Source: Octopus sinensis
Lineage: Eukaryota
Length of the DNA: 22,669 nucleotides
Reading direction: 5' to 3'
NCBI RefSeq assembly: GCF_006345805.1
Contig: NW_021836357.1
Location: 1 to 22,669 of the forward strand
Positions within the stretch are counted from its first letter, which is position 1, and every line of letters begins with the position of its first letter. The notes under the pieces are model-generated. The model saw nothing but the letters and a program-made list of their open reading frames with translations, was not told the DNA's origin and did no database searches. This document shows, piece after piece, positions 1-12,400 of the stretch. Made by a program: the position numbers and the translations under genes.

Positions 1-87
1 GCGGAATTTGAACTCAGAACGTAACGGCAGACGAAAACCGCTATGCATTTCGCCCGGCGCGCTAACGTTTCTGCCAGCTCACCGCCT
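1..87 (-). mobile_element. tRNA-derived SINE head (family B), cut by the window edge
   Basis: The reverse complement (aggcggtgagctggcagaaacgttagcgcgccgggcgaaatgc...gttacgttctgagttcaaattccgc) aligns with the plus-strand head at ~20345-20430. It has an A-box-like agctggcagaa and a B-box-like gagttcaaattcc. Confidence 0.85.
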
Positions 88-88
88 G

Positions 89-203
89 TATTGGGTTGGT
101 GCATAATTATTTAACAAAAACATCTTTAAATGACGGTTTTGACTGTCTGCCAAGCAAATGGGAAGCAGTAATTGAAGTAGATGGTGAATATGCTCCAGAA
201 TAA
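89..203 (+). mobile_element. mariner-type DNA transposon remnant (TIR-like end joined to a transposase C-terminus)
   Basis: 89-111 tattgggttggtgcataattatt resembles the Hsmar1/MADE1-type TIR start (tattaggttggtgcaaaag, recalled). 135-203 translates GFDCLPSKWEAVIEVDGEYAPE*, matching the mariner C-terminal pattern G+..LP.+W..V+..+G+Y. No second TIR was found. Confidence 0.6.
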
Positions 204-307
204 TAATTTCTAAATGTTTTTGTTACATGTTGTTATTGTTGTTGTTGGATAAAATTTGTTGAAGCATGTATGTACATACACACACACAACAAACACGCAT
301 TCACATT

Positions 308-312
308 ATATT

Positions 313-345
<33 letters not shown>

Positions 346-381
346 TATTATATATATAATATATATATATATATATAGATA

Positions 382-415
<34 letters not shown>

Positions 416-416
416 C

Positions 417-487
<71 letters not shown>

Positions 488-495
488 GTATTATG
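308..495. repeat. (AT)n microsatellite
   Basis: Nearly pure TA run with rare C/G interruptions. Confidence 0.97.
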
Positions 496-769
496 TATGT
501 ATGTGCACATGCGCGCGTGTGCAGAGATCTATTTCTTTGGCGCCAAGAATTCTGCACATTCCCGCCACAATCTCGGGAGCTGAACTGTACACGCGCGCAA
601 CAGCCTCGTCTCATCACTGACTGCACCTTACGCCCCCCATCACGCCCCCGCGCAACAGCGCCGAAACCCCACCACCACCACGACCACCACTAATATTTGT
701 ACCACGTGTTTGAAAGGCGACGGTTCTGATCTTTGGCTCGCGACAAGACGTGGCGCGTTTGCGAATGTT

Positions 770-1360
770 TGTATGTGTGTGTGTATGCGTGTGTATTGCA
801 TGTGTGCGCCTCCCTTTATGTCAGTGTGTGTATTTTCGTGCTTTATCAATATTTGCAAACAGTTGAGTATATATATATACACACATACACATACACACTC
901 AGACGCATACACACACAGACATATGCACACGCACATACACAGAGATACTTAAAAACATACATACAAACACACACACACATACACACATACACACACACAT
1001 GCAAACATACACACAAGCACACACACACATGCACACACACAAACACATACATACAAACACACACACAAACACACATATACACACGCACACACAAACATAC
1101 ACACAAGCACATACACACACATTCAGACACATGCACACACACAAACACACACATACAAACACATGCACACTCATACACACACACACACTCAGACACACAC
1201 AAACACACATATATATATATATTTGTATGTATGTGTATATGTTTGTATATATATCAATATATATATATGTGTGTGCGTGTGTTTGCGTTTGCATGTCTGT
1301 GTGTTAGTGTGTGTGTGTGTGTTTGTTTGCATTTGTGTGTGTGTTGTGTGTGTGTGTTTA
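770..1360. repeat. compound (GT)n / (AC)n / (GT)n low-complexity tract
   Basis: GT-rich at 770-835, AC-rich at 880-1208, AT- then GT-rich at 1209-1360. Confidence 0.93.
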
Positions 1361-1409
1361 CTTGAAGGAGGCATTTCATTTCACCTTCCTCCAACCCAAG
1401 TAGCTGGCA

Positions 1410-1538
1410 AAAATTAGTTGTACCTGTAATTCGAACGGGGTCAGCCTTGTCACATTCTATGTCACGCTGAATCTCCCTGAAAACTACGTTAAAGGTAGCA
1501 TTACTGTGAAATACTCAGCCACTTGCACGTTAATTTCG
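1410..1538 (+). mobile_element. probable interspersed-repeat fragment
   Basis: The sequence (gtacctgtaattc...cagccttgtcac...gctgaatctccctgaaaactacgttaa...cagccacttgcacgttaatttc) resembles an octopus repeat I recall. It is single-copy in this window, so there is no internal support. Confidence 0.35.
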
Positions 1539-1571
1539 TATATATATATATATAGTTGGAATTTATAAAAA

Positions 1572-1700
1572 ACGACGAAGACAGGTGTATAAAACAGGTG
1601 TATATAAACAACAAGGAGGTTTATTAGTTTAACGTTCGGGAAGGTGAGAAAGTCTTTTACATTTCGAGCCTACGCTCTTCAACGGAAAGGAACACGGAGA
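1572..1700 (-). mobile_element. Penelope-pLTR-like repeat, family C copy 1, with a hammerhead-like motif at 1653-1690
   Basis: Aligns with 2010-2130 (-) and 22480-22590 (+). The minus strand reads ccttt CCGTTGA A GAG-cgtagg-CTC GAAAT GTA aaaga, with AATAAA downstream. Confidence 0.65.
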
Positions 1701-1829
1701 AATATACAGAGAGATAATAAAAAAAATGGTTTAGTGATAAACTGTCAATCATGGCGACACACACCAGAGTAAGCACATAAATGCGAAACAAGGTGGAAAA
1801 AATAGTACTCGAATACCAAAGGTAGAGTA

Positions 1830-1974
1830 ATATACTTTATTAAAAAGCAGCCAAAATATCAAAAACTGTTCCTCAGAGTTTCACTTTCCCGTTCGTCGAA
1901 CTGTCCGACGAACGGGAACGTGAAACTCCGTGTAACAGTCTTTGATATTTTTGCTGCTGTTTAATAAAGTATAT
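1830..1974. repeat. inverted repeat, 69-bp arms, 7-nt spacer
   Basis: 1830-1898 versus the reverse complement of 1906-1974 match at 62/69 positions without gaps (hand count). The spacer is aactgtc. Confidence 0.95.
1900..1939 (+). ncRNA. minimal type I hammerhead-like ribozyme, U4C core variant
   Basis: actgt | CCGACGA | acg-ggaa-cgt | GAAAC tccgt GTA | acagt. Stem I is 5 bp, stem II is 3 bp with a GNRA loop, stem III is 2 bp. The cleavage triplet is GUA (1932-1934). AATAAA follows at 1963-1968. Confidence 0.6.
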
Positions 1975-2009
1975 ATATATATATATTATATATATATATG
2001 AGGAGAATT

Positions 2010-2130
2010 CACGAAAAACAAAAGACGAAAGCAGATGATGTAGACAACAAAAGATGTATAAGTTTAGCGCTCGGGAAGTGAAGAAGTCTTTACCGTTTCA
2101 AGCCTACGCTCTTCTACAGAAAGGAACCCA
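2010..2130 (-). mobile_element. Penelope-pLTR-like repeat, family C copy 2, with a hammerhead-like motif at 2086-2124
   Basis: The minus strand reads ccttt CTGTAGA A GAG-cgtagg-CTT GAAAC G GTA aagac. Homologous to 1572-1700. Confidence 0.6.
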
Positions 2131-2159
2131 GAAAGAAACAAGGAAAGACAAAGTTGTGT

Positions 2160-2289
2160 GTAATATATATATATATATCTATATATATATAATATATATA
2201 TATATATACATTACTGAACATTCATAATACATATATGTAATATACATATACATGCACGCACACAATACATCTATATCTATCTATCTACC

Positions 2290-2327
<38 letters not shown>

Positions 2328-2356
2328 AATATATTATATATATATATATATATATA
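2160..2356. repeat. (AT)n / (CTAT)n microsatellite tract
   Basis: Direct reading of the sequence. Confidence 0.9.
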
Positions 2357-2819
2357 AACGATGAATAGCTTACGTAAACCATGGTTCGCTTGTTATCTAC
2401 TTTATTATCATTATAATCATCTCATAGTAATGACTTTTATGACTCGTATTACTACCTCAGTCAATCTAAATGTATATATTTGTCGCTACCTGTCATAAAA
2501 AAGCTTTTTTATTTGCAATGTGCATTTTCGTTGATTTTTCCTATTTCACCCTTACATTTCCACGTGTATTTTTATATTTTCTTTCGTAACATATTTTACT
2601 ATATATATATATATGAAACGTAGAGTAGATGAAACCATGGCGACTGAAGAAGGGGTTTTTTTTCTTTGTGTTAATTGTCCTGTACTCTATTTTTTGGTTG
2701 TTTAAAAAATTGTCCAGTTCCTTTGGTTTGTGTCTATGTTTTCGTTTCCGTTGTGTTCGACGTCCCTTTGGTGTCCTGTACTCATATATGCGTGTATATG
2801 TACATGTAGAGGTAGGTAC

Positions 2820-2859
2820 GTACATATATGTTATATATATGCATATGTTCTATTTATTA

Positions 2860-2893
<34 letters not shown>

Positions 2894-2894
2894 A

Positions 2895-2954
<60 letters not shown>

Positions 2955-3253
2955 GTAATAAACATTTACAAGCATACATATTGGCGAACAATTTGCACAC
3001 AAAACACACACACACACACAAACCTATATATACATACATACAGACAGACAGACAGATACGTATGCTTGTACGCAGAGAGACAGACATTTACTCATACTCA
3101 CATTTATGTATTTATCCATCTGTCTCCTATATCTCTCTGTACATCTGTGTGTGCGTGTGTGTATGTGTGCGTATGTGTGCGTATGTGTGTGTGTGTGCGT
3201 GTGTGTGTATGTCTGTGTGTGTGTGCGTGCGTGTGTGTGTGTGTGTGCGTGCG
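2820..3253. repeat. (AT)n, (AC)n and (GT)n microsatellites
   Basis: AT at ~2860-2955, AC at ~2995-3020, GT at ~3145-3253. Confidence 0.9.
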
Positions 3254-3418
3254 TGCCAGTCCCTCTGTCGCGAAATTAGGACACCGAGAGTAACTTAACA
3301 CATCCTGCAAAAACCATAACACGAATAAATAAATAAATAAATAATGAAAAAGAAATAAATGAAATTAAAAAAGTACAAAATTCACCCAGGAAAGCAACAC
3401 GAACGATGCTTGTTTGTT

Positions 3419-6400
3419 CTGCTAGAAATAGCAGCCAAATCTCCTCAAATCACACCCTACTCTCTTATCTATGCATATGTGTATGTATGAGCCAATGAGG
3501 GAGACCTGCACATGGTTGTTAGACCTGGTAGAAATAGCAGCCAAATCTCTCTCAAATCACACCCTACTCTTATCTATGCATATGTGTATGTATGAGCCAA
3601 TGAGGGAGACCTGCACATGGTTGTTAGACCTGGTAGAAATAGCAGCCAAATCTCTCTCAAATCACACCCTACTCTCTTATCTATGCATATGTGTATGTAT
3701 GAGCCAATGAGGAGACCTGCACATGGTTGTTAGACCTGGTAGAAATAGCAGCCAAATCTCCTCTCAAATCACACCCTACTGTCTTATCTATGCATATGTG
3801 TATGTATGAGCCAATGAGGGAGACCTGCACATGGTTGTTAGACCTGGTAGAAATAGCAGCCAAATCTCTCTCAAATCACACCCTACTGTCTTATCTATGC
3901 ATATGTGTATGTATGAGCCAATGAGGGAGACCTGCACATGGTTGTTAGACCTGGTAGAAATAGCAGCCAAATCTCTCTCAAATCACACCCTACTCTCTTA
4001 TCTATGCATATGTGTATGTATGAGCCAATGAGGGAGACCTCCACATGGTTGTTAGACCTGGTAGAAATAGCAGCCAAATCTCTCTCAAATCACACCCTAC
4101 TGTCTTATCTATGCATATGTGTATGTATGAGCCAATGAGGGAGACCTGCACATGGTTGTTAGACCTGGTAGAAATAGCAGCCAAATCTCTCTCAAATCAC
4201 ACCCTACTCTCTTATCTATGCATATGTGTATGTATGAGCCAATGAGGGAGACCTCCACATGGTTGTTAGACCTGGTAGAAATAGCAGCCAAATCTCTCTC
4301 AAATCACACCCTACTGTCTTATCTATGCATATGTGTATGTATGAGCCAATGAGGGAGACCTGCACATGGTTGTTAGACCTGGTAGAAATAGCAGCCAAAT
4401 CTCTCTCAAATCACACCCTACTGTCTTATCTATGCATATGTGTATGTATGAGCCAATGAGGGAGACCTCCACATGGTTGTTAGACCTGGTAGAAATAGCA
4501 GCCAAATCTCTCTCAAATCACACCCTACTGTCTTATCTATGCATATGTGTATGTATGAGCAATGAGGGAGACCTGCACATGGTTGTTAGACCTGGTAGAA
4601 ATAGCAGCCAAACTCCTCTCAAATCACACCCTACTGTCTTATCTATGCATATGTGTATGTATGAGCCAATGAGGGAGACCTGCACATGGTTGTTAGACCT
4701 GGTAGAAATAGCAGCCAAATCTCTCTCAAATCACACCTACTGTCTTATCTATGCATATGTGTATGTATGAGCCAATGAGGGGAACCTGCACATGGTTGTT
4801 AGACCTGGTAGAAATAGCAGCCAAATCTCTCTCAAATCACACCCTACTGTCTTATCTATGCATATGTGTATGTATGAGCCAATGAGGGAGACCTGCACAT
4901 GGTTGTTAGACCTGGTAGAAATAGCAGCCAAATCTCTCTCAAATCACACCCTACTGTCTTATCTATGCATATGTGTATGTATGAGCCAATGAGGGAGACC
5001 TGCACATGGTTGTTAGACCTGGTAGAAATAGCAGCCAAATCTCCCTCAAATCACACCCTACTGTCTTATCTATGCATATGTGTATGTATGAGCCAATGAG
5101 GGAGACCTGCACATGGTTGTTAGACCTGGTAGAAATAGCAGCCAAATCTCTCTCAAATCACACCCTACTGTCTTATCTATGCATATGTGTATGTATGAGC
5201 CAATGAGGGAGACCTGCACATGGTTGTTAGACCTGGTAGAAATAGCAGCCAAATCTCTCTCAAATCACACCCTACTGTCTTATCTATGCATATGTGTATG
5301 TATGAGCCAATGAGGGAGACCTGCACGGTTGTTAGACCTGGTAGAAATAGCAGCCAAATCTCTCTCAAATCACACCTACTGTCTTATCTATGCATATGTG
5401 TATGTATGAGCCAATGAGGGAGACCTGCACATGGTTGTTAGACCTGGTAGAAATAGCAGCCAAATCTCTCTCAAATCACACCCTACTGTCTTATCTATGC
5501 ATATGTGTATGTATGAGCCAATGAGGGAGACCTGCACATGGTTGTTAGACCTGGTAGAAATAGCAGCCAAATCTCTCTCAAATCACACCCTACTGTCTTA
5601 TCTATGCATATGTGTATGTATGAGCCAATGAGGGAGACCTGCACATGGTTGTTAGACCTGGTAGAAATAGCAGCCAAATCTCTCTCAAATCACACCCTAC
5701 TGTCTTATCTATGCATATGTGTATGTATGAGCCAATGAGGGAGACCTGCACATGGTTGTTAGACCTGGTAGAAATAGCAGCCAAATCTCTCTCAAATCAC
5801 ACCCTACTGTCTTATCTATGCATATGTGTATGTATGAGCCAATGAGGGAGACCTGCACATGGTTGTTAGACCTGGTAGAAATAGCAGCCAAATCTCTCTC
5901 AAATCACACCCTACTGTCTTATCTATGCATATGTGTATGTATGAGCCAATGAGGGAGACCTGCACATGGTTGTTAGACCTGGTAGAAATAGCAGCCAAAT
6001 CTCTCTCAAATCACACCCTACTGTCTTATCTATGCATATGTGTATGTATGAGCCAATGAGGGAGACCTGCACATGGTTGTTAGACCTGGTAGAAATAGCA
6101 GCCAAATCTCTCTCAAATCACACCCTACTGTCTTATCTATGCATATGTGTGATGTATGAGCCAATGAGGGAGACCTGCACATGGTTGTTAGACCTGGTAG
6201 AAATAGCAGCCAAATCTCTCTCAAATCACACCCTACTGTCTTATCTATGCATATGTGTATGTATGAGCCAATGAGGGAGACCTGCACATGGTTGTTAGAC
6301 CTGGTAGAAATAGCAGCCAAATCTCTCTCAAATCACACCCTACTGTCTTATCTATGCATATGTGTATGTATGAGCCAATGAGGGAGACCTCCACATGGTT

Positions 6401-9400
6401 GTTAGACCTGGTAGAAATAGCAGCCAAATCTCTCTCAAATCACACCCTACTGTCTTATCTATGCATATGTGTATGTATGAGCCAATGAGGGAGACCTGCA
6501 CATGGTTGTTAGACCTGGTAGAAATAGCAGCCAAATCTCTCTCAAATCACACCCTACTGTCTTATCTATGCATATGTGTATGTATGAGCCAATGAGGGAG
6601 ACCTGCACATGGTTGTTAGACCTGGTAGAAATAGCAGCCAAATCTCTCTCAAATCACACCCTACTGTCTTATCTATGCATATGTGTATGTATGAGCCAAT
6701 GAGGGAGACCTGCACATGGTTGTTAGACCTGGGTAGAAATAGCAGCCAAATCTCTCTCAAATCACACCCTACTGTCTTATCTATGCATATGTGTATGTAT
6801 GAGCCAATGAGGGAGACCTGCACATGGTTGTTAGACCTGGTAGAAATAGCAGCCAAATCTCTCTCAAATCACACCCTACTGTCTTATCTATGCATATGTG
6901 TATGTATGAGCCAATGAGGGAGACCTGCACATGGTTGTTAGACCTGGTAGAAATAGCAGCCAAATCTCTCTCAAATCACACCCTACTGTCTTATCTATGC
7001 ATATGTGTATGTATGAGCCAATGAGGGAGACCTGCACATGGTTGTTAGACCTGGTAGAAATAGCAGCCAAATCTCTCTCAAATCACACCCTACTGTCTTA
7101 TCTATGCATATGTGTATGTATGAGCCAATGAGGGAGACCTGCACATGGTTGTTAGACCTGGTAGAAATAGCAGCCAAATCTCTCTCAAATCACACCTACT
7201 GTCTTATCTATGCATATGTGTATGTATGAGCCAATGAGGGAGACCTGCACATGGTTGTTAGACCTGGTAGAAATAGCAGCCAAATCTCTCTCAAATCACA
7301 CCCTACTGTCTTATCTATGCATATGTGTATGTATGAGCCAATGAGGGAGACCTGCACATGGTTGTTAGACCTGGTAGAAATAGCAGCCAAATCTCTCTCA
7401 AATCACACCCTACTGTCTTATCTATGCATATGTGTATGTATGAGCCAATGAGGGAGACCTGCACATGGTTGTTAGACCTGGTAGAAATAGCAGCCAAATC
7501 TCCTCAAATCACACCCTACTGTCTTATCTATGCATATGTGTATGTATGAGCCAATGAGGGAGACCTGCACATGGTTGTTAGACCTGGGTAGAAATAGCAG
7601 CCAAATCTCCCTCAAATCACACCCTACTGTCTTATCTATGCATATGTGTGTATGAGCCAATGAGGGAGACCTGCACATGGTTGTTAGACCTGGTAGAAAT
7701 AGCAGCCAAATCTCTCTCAAATCACACCCTACTGTCTTATCTATGCATATGTGTATGTATGAGCCAATGAGGGAGACCTGCACATGGTTGTTAGACCTGG
7801 TAGAAATAGCAGCCAAATCTCTCTCAAATCACACCCTACTGTCTTATCTATGCATATGTGTATGTATGAGCCAATGAGGGAGACCTGCACATGGTTGTTA
7901 GACCTGGTAGAAATAGCAGCCAAATCTCTCTCAAATCACACCCTACTGTCTTATCTATGCATATGTGTATGTATGAGCCAATGAGGGAGACCTGCACATG
8001 GTTGTTAGACCTGGTAGAAATAGCAGCCAAATCTCTCTCAAATCACACCTACTGTCTTATCTATGCATATGTGTGTGTATGAGCCAATGAGGGAGACCTG
8101 CACATGGTTGTTAGACCTGGTAGAAATAGCAGCCAAATCTCCCTCAAATCACACCCTACTGTCTTATCTATGCATATGTGTATGTATGAGCCAATGAGGG
8201 AGACCTGCACATGGTTTGTTAGACCTGGTAGAAATAGCAGCCAAATCTCCCTCAAATCACACCCTACTGTCTTATCTATGCATATGTGTATGTATGAGCC
8301 AATGAGGGAGACCTGCACATGGTTGTTAGACCTGGTAGAAATAGCAGCCAAATCTCTCTCAAATCACACCCTACTGTCTTATCTATGCATATGTGTATGT
8401 ATGAGCCAATGAGGAGACCTGCACATGGTTGTTAGACCTGGTAGAAATAGCAGCCAAATCTCCCTCAAATCACACCCTACTGTCTTATCTATGCATATGT
8501 GTATGTATGAGCCAATGAGGGAGACCGCACATGGTTGTTAGACCTGGTAGAAATAGCAGCCAAATCTCTCTCAAATCACACCCTACTGTCTTATCTATGC
8601 ATATGTGTATGTATGAGCCAATGAGGGAGACCTGCACATGGTTGTTAGACCTGGTAGAAATAGCAGCCAAATCTCTCTCAAATCACACCCTACTGTCTCT
8701 TATCTATGCATATGTGTAGTATGAGCCAATGAGGGAGACCTGCACATGGTTGTTAGACCTGGTAGAAATAGCAGCCAAATCTCTCTCAAATCACACCCTA
8801 CTCTCTTATCTATGCATATGTGTATGTATGAGCCAATGAGGGAGACCTGCACATGGTTGTTAGACCTGGTAGAAATAGCAGCCAAATCTCTCTCAAATCA
8901 CACCCTACTGTCTTATCTATGCATATGTGTATGTATGAGCCAATGAGGGAGACCTGCACATGGTTGTTAGACCTGGTAGAAATAGCAGCCAAATCTCTCT
9001 CAAATCACACCCTACTGTCTTATCTATGCATATGTGTATGTATGAGCCAATGAGGGAGACCTGCACATGGTTGTTAGACCTGGTAGAAATAGCAGCCAAA
9101 TCTCTCTCAAATCACACCCTACTGTCTTATCTATGCATATGTGTATGTATGAGCCAATGAGGGAGACCTGCACATGGTTGTTAGACCTGGTAGAAATAGC
9201 AGCCAAATCTCTCTCAAATCACACCCTACTCTCTTATCTATGCATATGTGTATGTATGAGCCAATGAGGGAGACCTGCACATGGTTGTTAGACCTGGTAG
9301 AAATAGCAGCCAAATCTCTCTCAAATCACACCCTACTCTCTTATCTATGCATATGTGTATGTATGAGCCAATGAGGGAGACCTGCACATGGTTGTTAGAC

Positions 9401-12400
9401 CTGGTAGAAATAGCAGCCAAATCTCTCTCAAATCACACCCTACTCTCTTATCTATGCATATGTGTATGTATGAGCCAATGAGGGAGACCTGCACATGGTT
9501 GTTAGACCTGGTAGAAATAGCAGCCAAATCTCTCTCAAATCACACCTTACTGTCTTATCTATGCATATGTGTATGTATGAGCCAATGAGGGAGACCTGCA
9601 CATGGTTGTTAGACCTGGTAGAAATAGCAGCCAAATCTCTCTCAAATCACACCCTACTCTCTATCTATGCATATGTGTATGTATGAGCCAATGAGGGAGA
9701 CCTGCACATGGTTGTTAGACCTGGTAGAAATAGCAGCCAAATCTCTCTCAAATCACACCCTACTGTCTTATCTATGCATATGTGTATGTATGAGCCAATG
9801 AGGGAGACCTGCACATGGTTGTTAGACCTGGTAGAAATAGCAGCCAAATCTCTCTCAAATCACACTTACTGTCTTATCTATGCATATGTGTATGTATGAG
9901 CCAATGAGGGAGACCTGCACATGGTTGTTAGACCTGGTGTAGAAATAGCAGCCAAATCTCTCTCAAATCACACCCTACTCTCTTATCTATGCATATGTGT
10001 ATGTATGAGCCAATGAGGGAGACCTGCACATGGTTGTTAGACCTGGTAGAAATAGCAGCCAAATCTCTCTCAAATCACACCCTACTGTCTTATCTATGCA
10101 TATGTGTATGTATGAGCCAATGAGGGAGACCTGCACATGGTTGTTAGACCTGGTAGAAATAGCAGCCAAATCTCTCTCAAATCACACCCTACTCTCTTAT
10201 CTATGCATATGTGTATGTATGAGCCAATGAGGGAGACCTGCACATGGTTGTTAGACCTGGTAGAAATAGCAGCCAAATCTCTCTCAAATCACACCTTACT
10301 GTCTTATCTATGCATATGTGTATGTATGAGCCAATGAGGGAGACCTGCACATGGTTGTTAGACCTGGTAGAAATAGCAGCCAAATCTCTCTCAAATCACA
10401 CCTTACTGTCTTATCTATGCATATGTGTATGTATGAGCCAATGAGGGAGACCTGCACATGGTTGTTAGACCTGGTAGAAATAGCAGCCAAATCTCTCTCA
10501 AATCACACCTTACTGTCTTATCTATGCATATGTGTATGTATGAGCCAATGAGGGGACCTGCACATGGTTGTTAGACCTGGTAGAAATAGCAGCCAAATCT
10601 CTCTCAAATCACACCTACTCTCTTATCTATGCATATGTGTATGTATGAGCCAATGAGGGAGACCTGCACATGGTTGTTAGACCTGGTAGAAATAGCAGCC
10701 AAATCTCTCTCAAATCACACCCTACTGTCTTATCTATGCATATGTGTATGTATGAGCCAATGAGGGAGACCTGCACATGGTTGTTAGACCTGGTAGAAAT
10801 AGCAGCCAAATCTCTCTCAAATCACACCTTACTGTCTTATCTATGCATATGTGTATGTATGAGCCAATGAGGGAGACCTGCACATGGTTGTTAGACCTGG
10901 TAGAAATAGCAGCCAAATCTCTCTCAAATCACACCCTACTCTCTTATCTATGCATATGTGTATGTATGAGCCAATGAGGGAGACCTGCACATGGTTGTTA
11001 GACCTGGTAGAAATAGCAGCCAAATCTCTCTCAAATCACACCCTACTCTCTTATCTATGCATATGTGTATGTATGAGCCAATGAGGGAGACCTGCACATG
11101 GTGTTAGACCTGGTAGAAATAGCAGCCAAATCTCTCTCAAATCACACCCTACTGTCTTATCTATGCATATGTGTATGTATGAGCCAATGAGGGAGACCTG
11201 CACATGGTTGTTAGACCTGGTAGAAATAGCAGCCAAATCTCTCTCAAATCACACCTTACTGTCTTATCTATGCATATGTGTATGTATGAGCCAATGAGGG
11301 AGACCTGCACATGGTTGTTAGACCTGGTAGAAATAGCAGCCAAATCTCCCTCAAATCACACCCTACTGTCTTATCTATGCATATGTGTATGTATGAGCCA
11401 ATGAGGGAGACCTGCACATGGTTGTTAGACCTGGTAGAAATAGCAGCCAAATCTCCCTCAAATCACACCCTACTGTCTTATCTATGCATATGTGTATGTA
11501 TGAGCCAATGAGGGAGACCTGCACATGGTTGTTAGACCTGGTAGAAATAGCAGCCAAATCTCTCTCAAATCACACCTTACTGTCTTATCTATGCATATGT
11601 GTATGTATGAGCCAATGAGGGAGACCTGCACATGGTTGTTAGACCTGGTAGAAATAGCAGCCAAATCTCTCTCAAATCACACCCTACTGTCTTATCTATG
11701 CATATGTGTATGTATGAGCCAATGAGGGAGACCTGCACATGGTTGTTAGACCTGGTAGAAATAGCAGCCAAATCTCTCTCAAATCACACCTTACTGTCTT
11801 ATCTATGCATATGTGTATGTATGAGCCAATGAGGGAGACCTGCACATGGTTGTTAGACCTGGTAGAAATAGCAGCCAAATCTCCCTCAAATCACACCTTA
11901 CTGTCTTATCTATGCATATGTGTATGTATGAGCCAATGAGGGAGACCTGCACATGGTTGTTAGACCTGGTAGAAATAGCAGCCAAATCTCCCTCAAATCA
12001 CACCTTACTGTCTTATCTATGCATATGTGTATGTATGAGCCAATGAGGGAGACCTGCACATGGTTGTTAGACCTGGTAGAAATAGCAGCCAAATCTCTCT
12101 CAAATCACACCCTACTGTCTTATCTATGCATATGTGTATGTATGAGCCAATGAGGGAGACCTCCACATGGTTGTTAGACCTGGTAGAAATAGCAGCCAAA
12201 TCTCTCTCAAATCACACCTTACTGTCTTATCTATGCATATGTGTGTGTATGAGCCAATGAGGGAGACCTGCACATGGTTGTTAGACCTGGTAGAAATAGC
12301 AGCCAAATCTCTCTCAAATCACACCCTACTGTCTTATCTATGCATATGTGTATGTATGAGCCAATGAGGGAGACCTGCACATGGTTGTTAGACCTGGTAG

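Noticed and set aside
233-1417. YI-, HT- and CV-rich ORFs (also 2857-3322, 17970-18777, 21350-21987, 22207-22500)
   Set aside because: They are translations of AT, AC/GT and GATA microsatellites.
2355-2660. Possible additional hammerheads (cgatga...aaaccatggtt at ~2358-2390; gaaaccatgg...ctgaagaagggg at ~2632-2655)
   Set aside because: The core is incomplete or in the wrong order and there are no convincing stems. At best they are heavily decayed.
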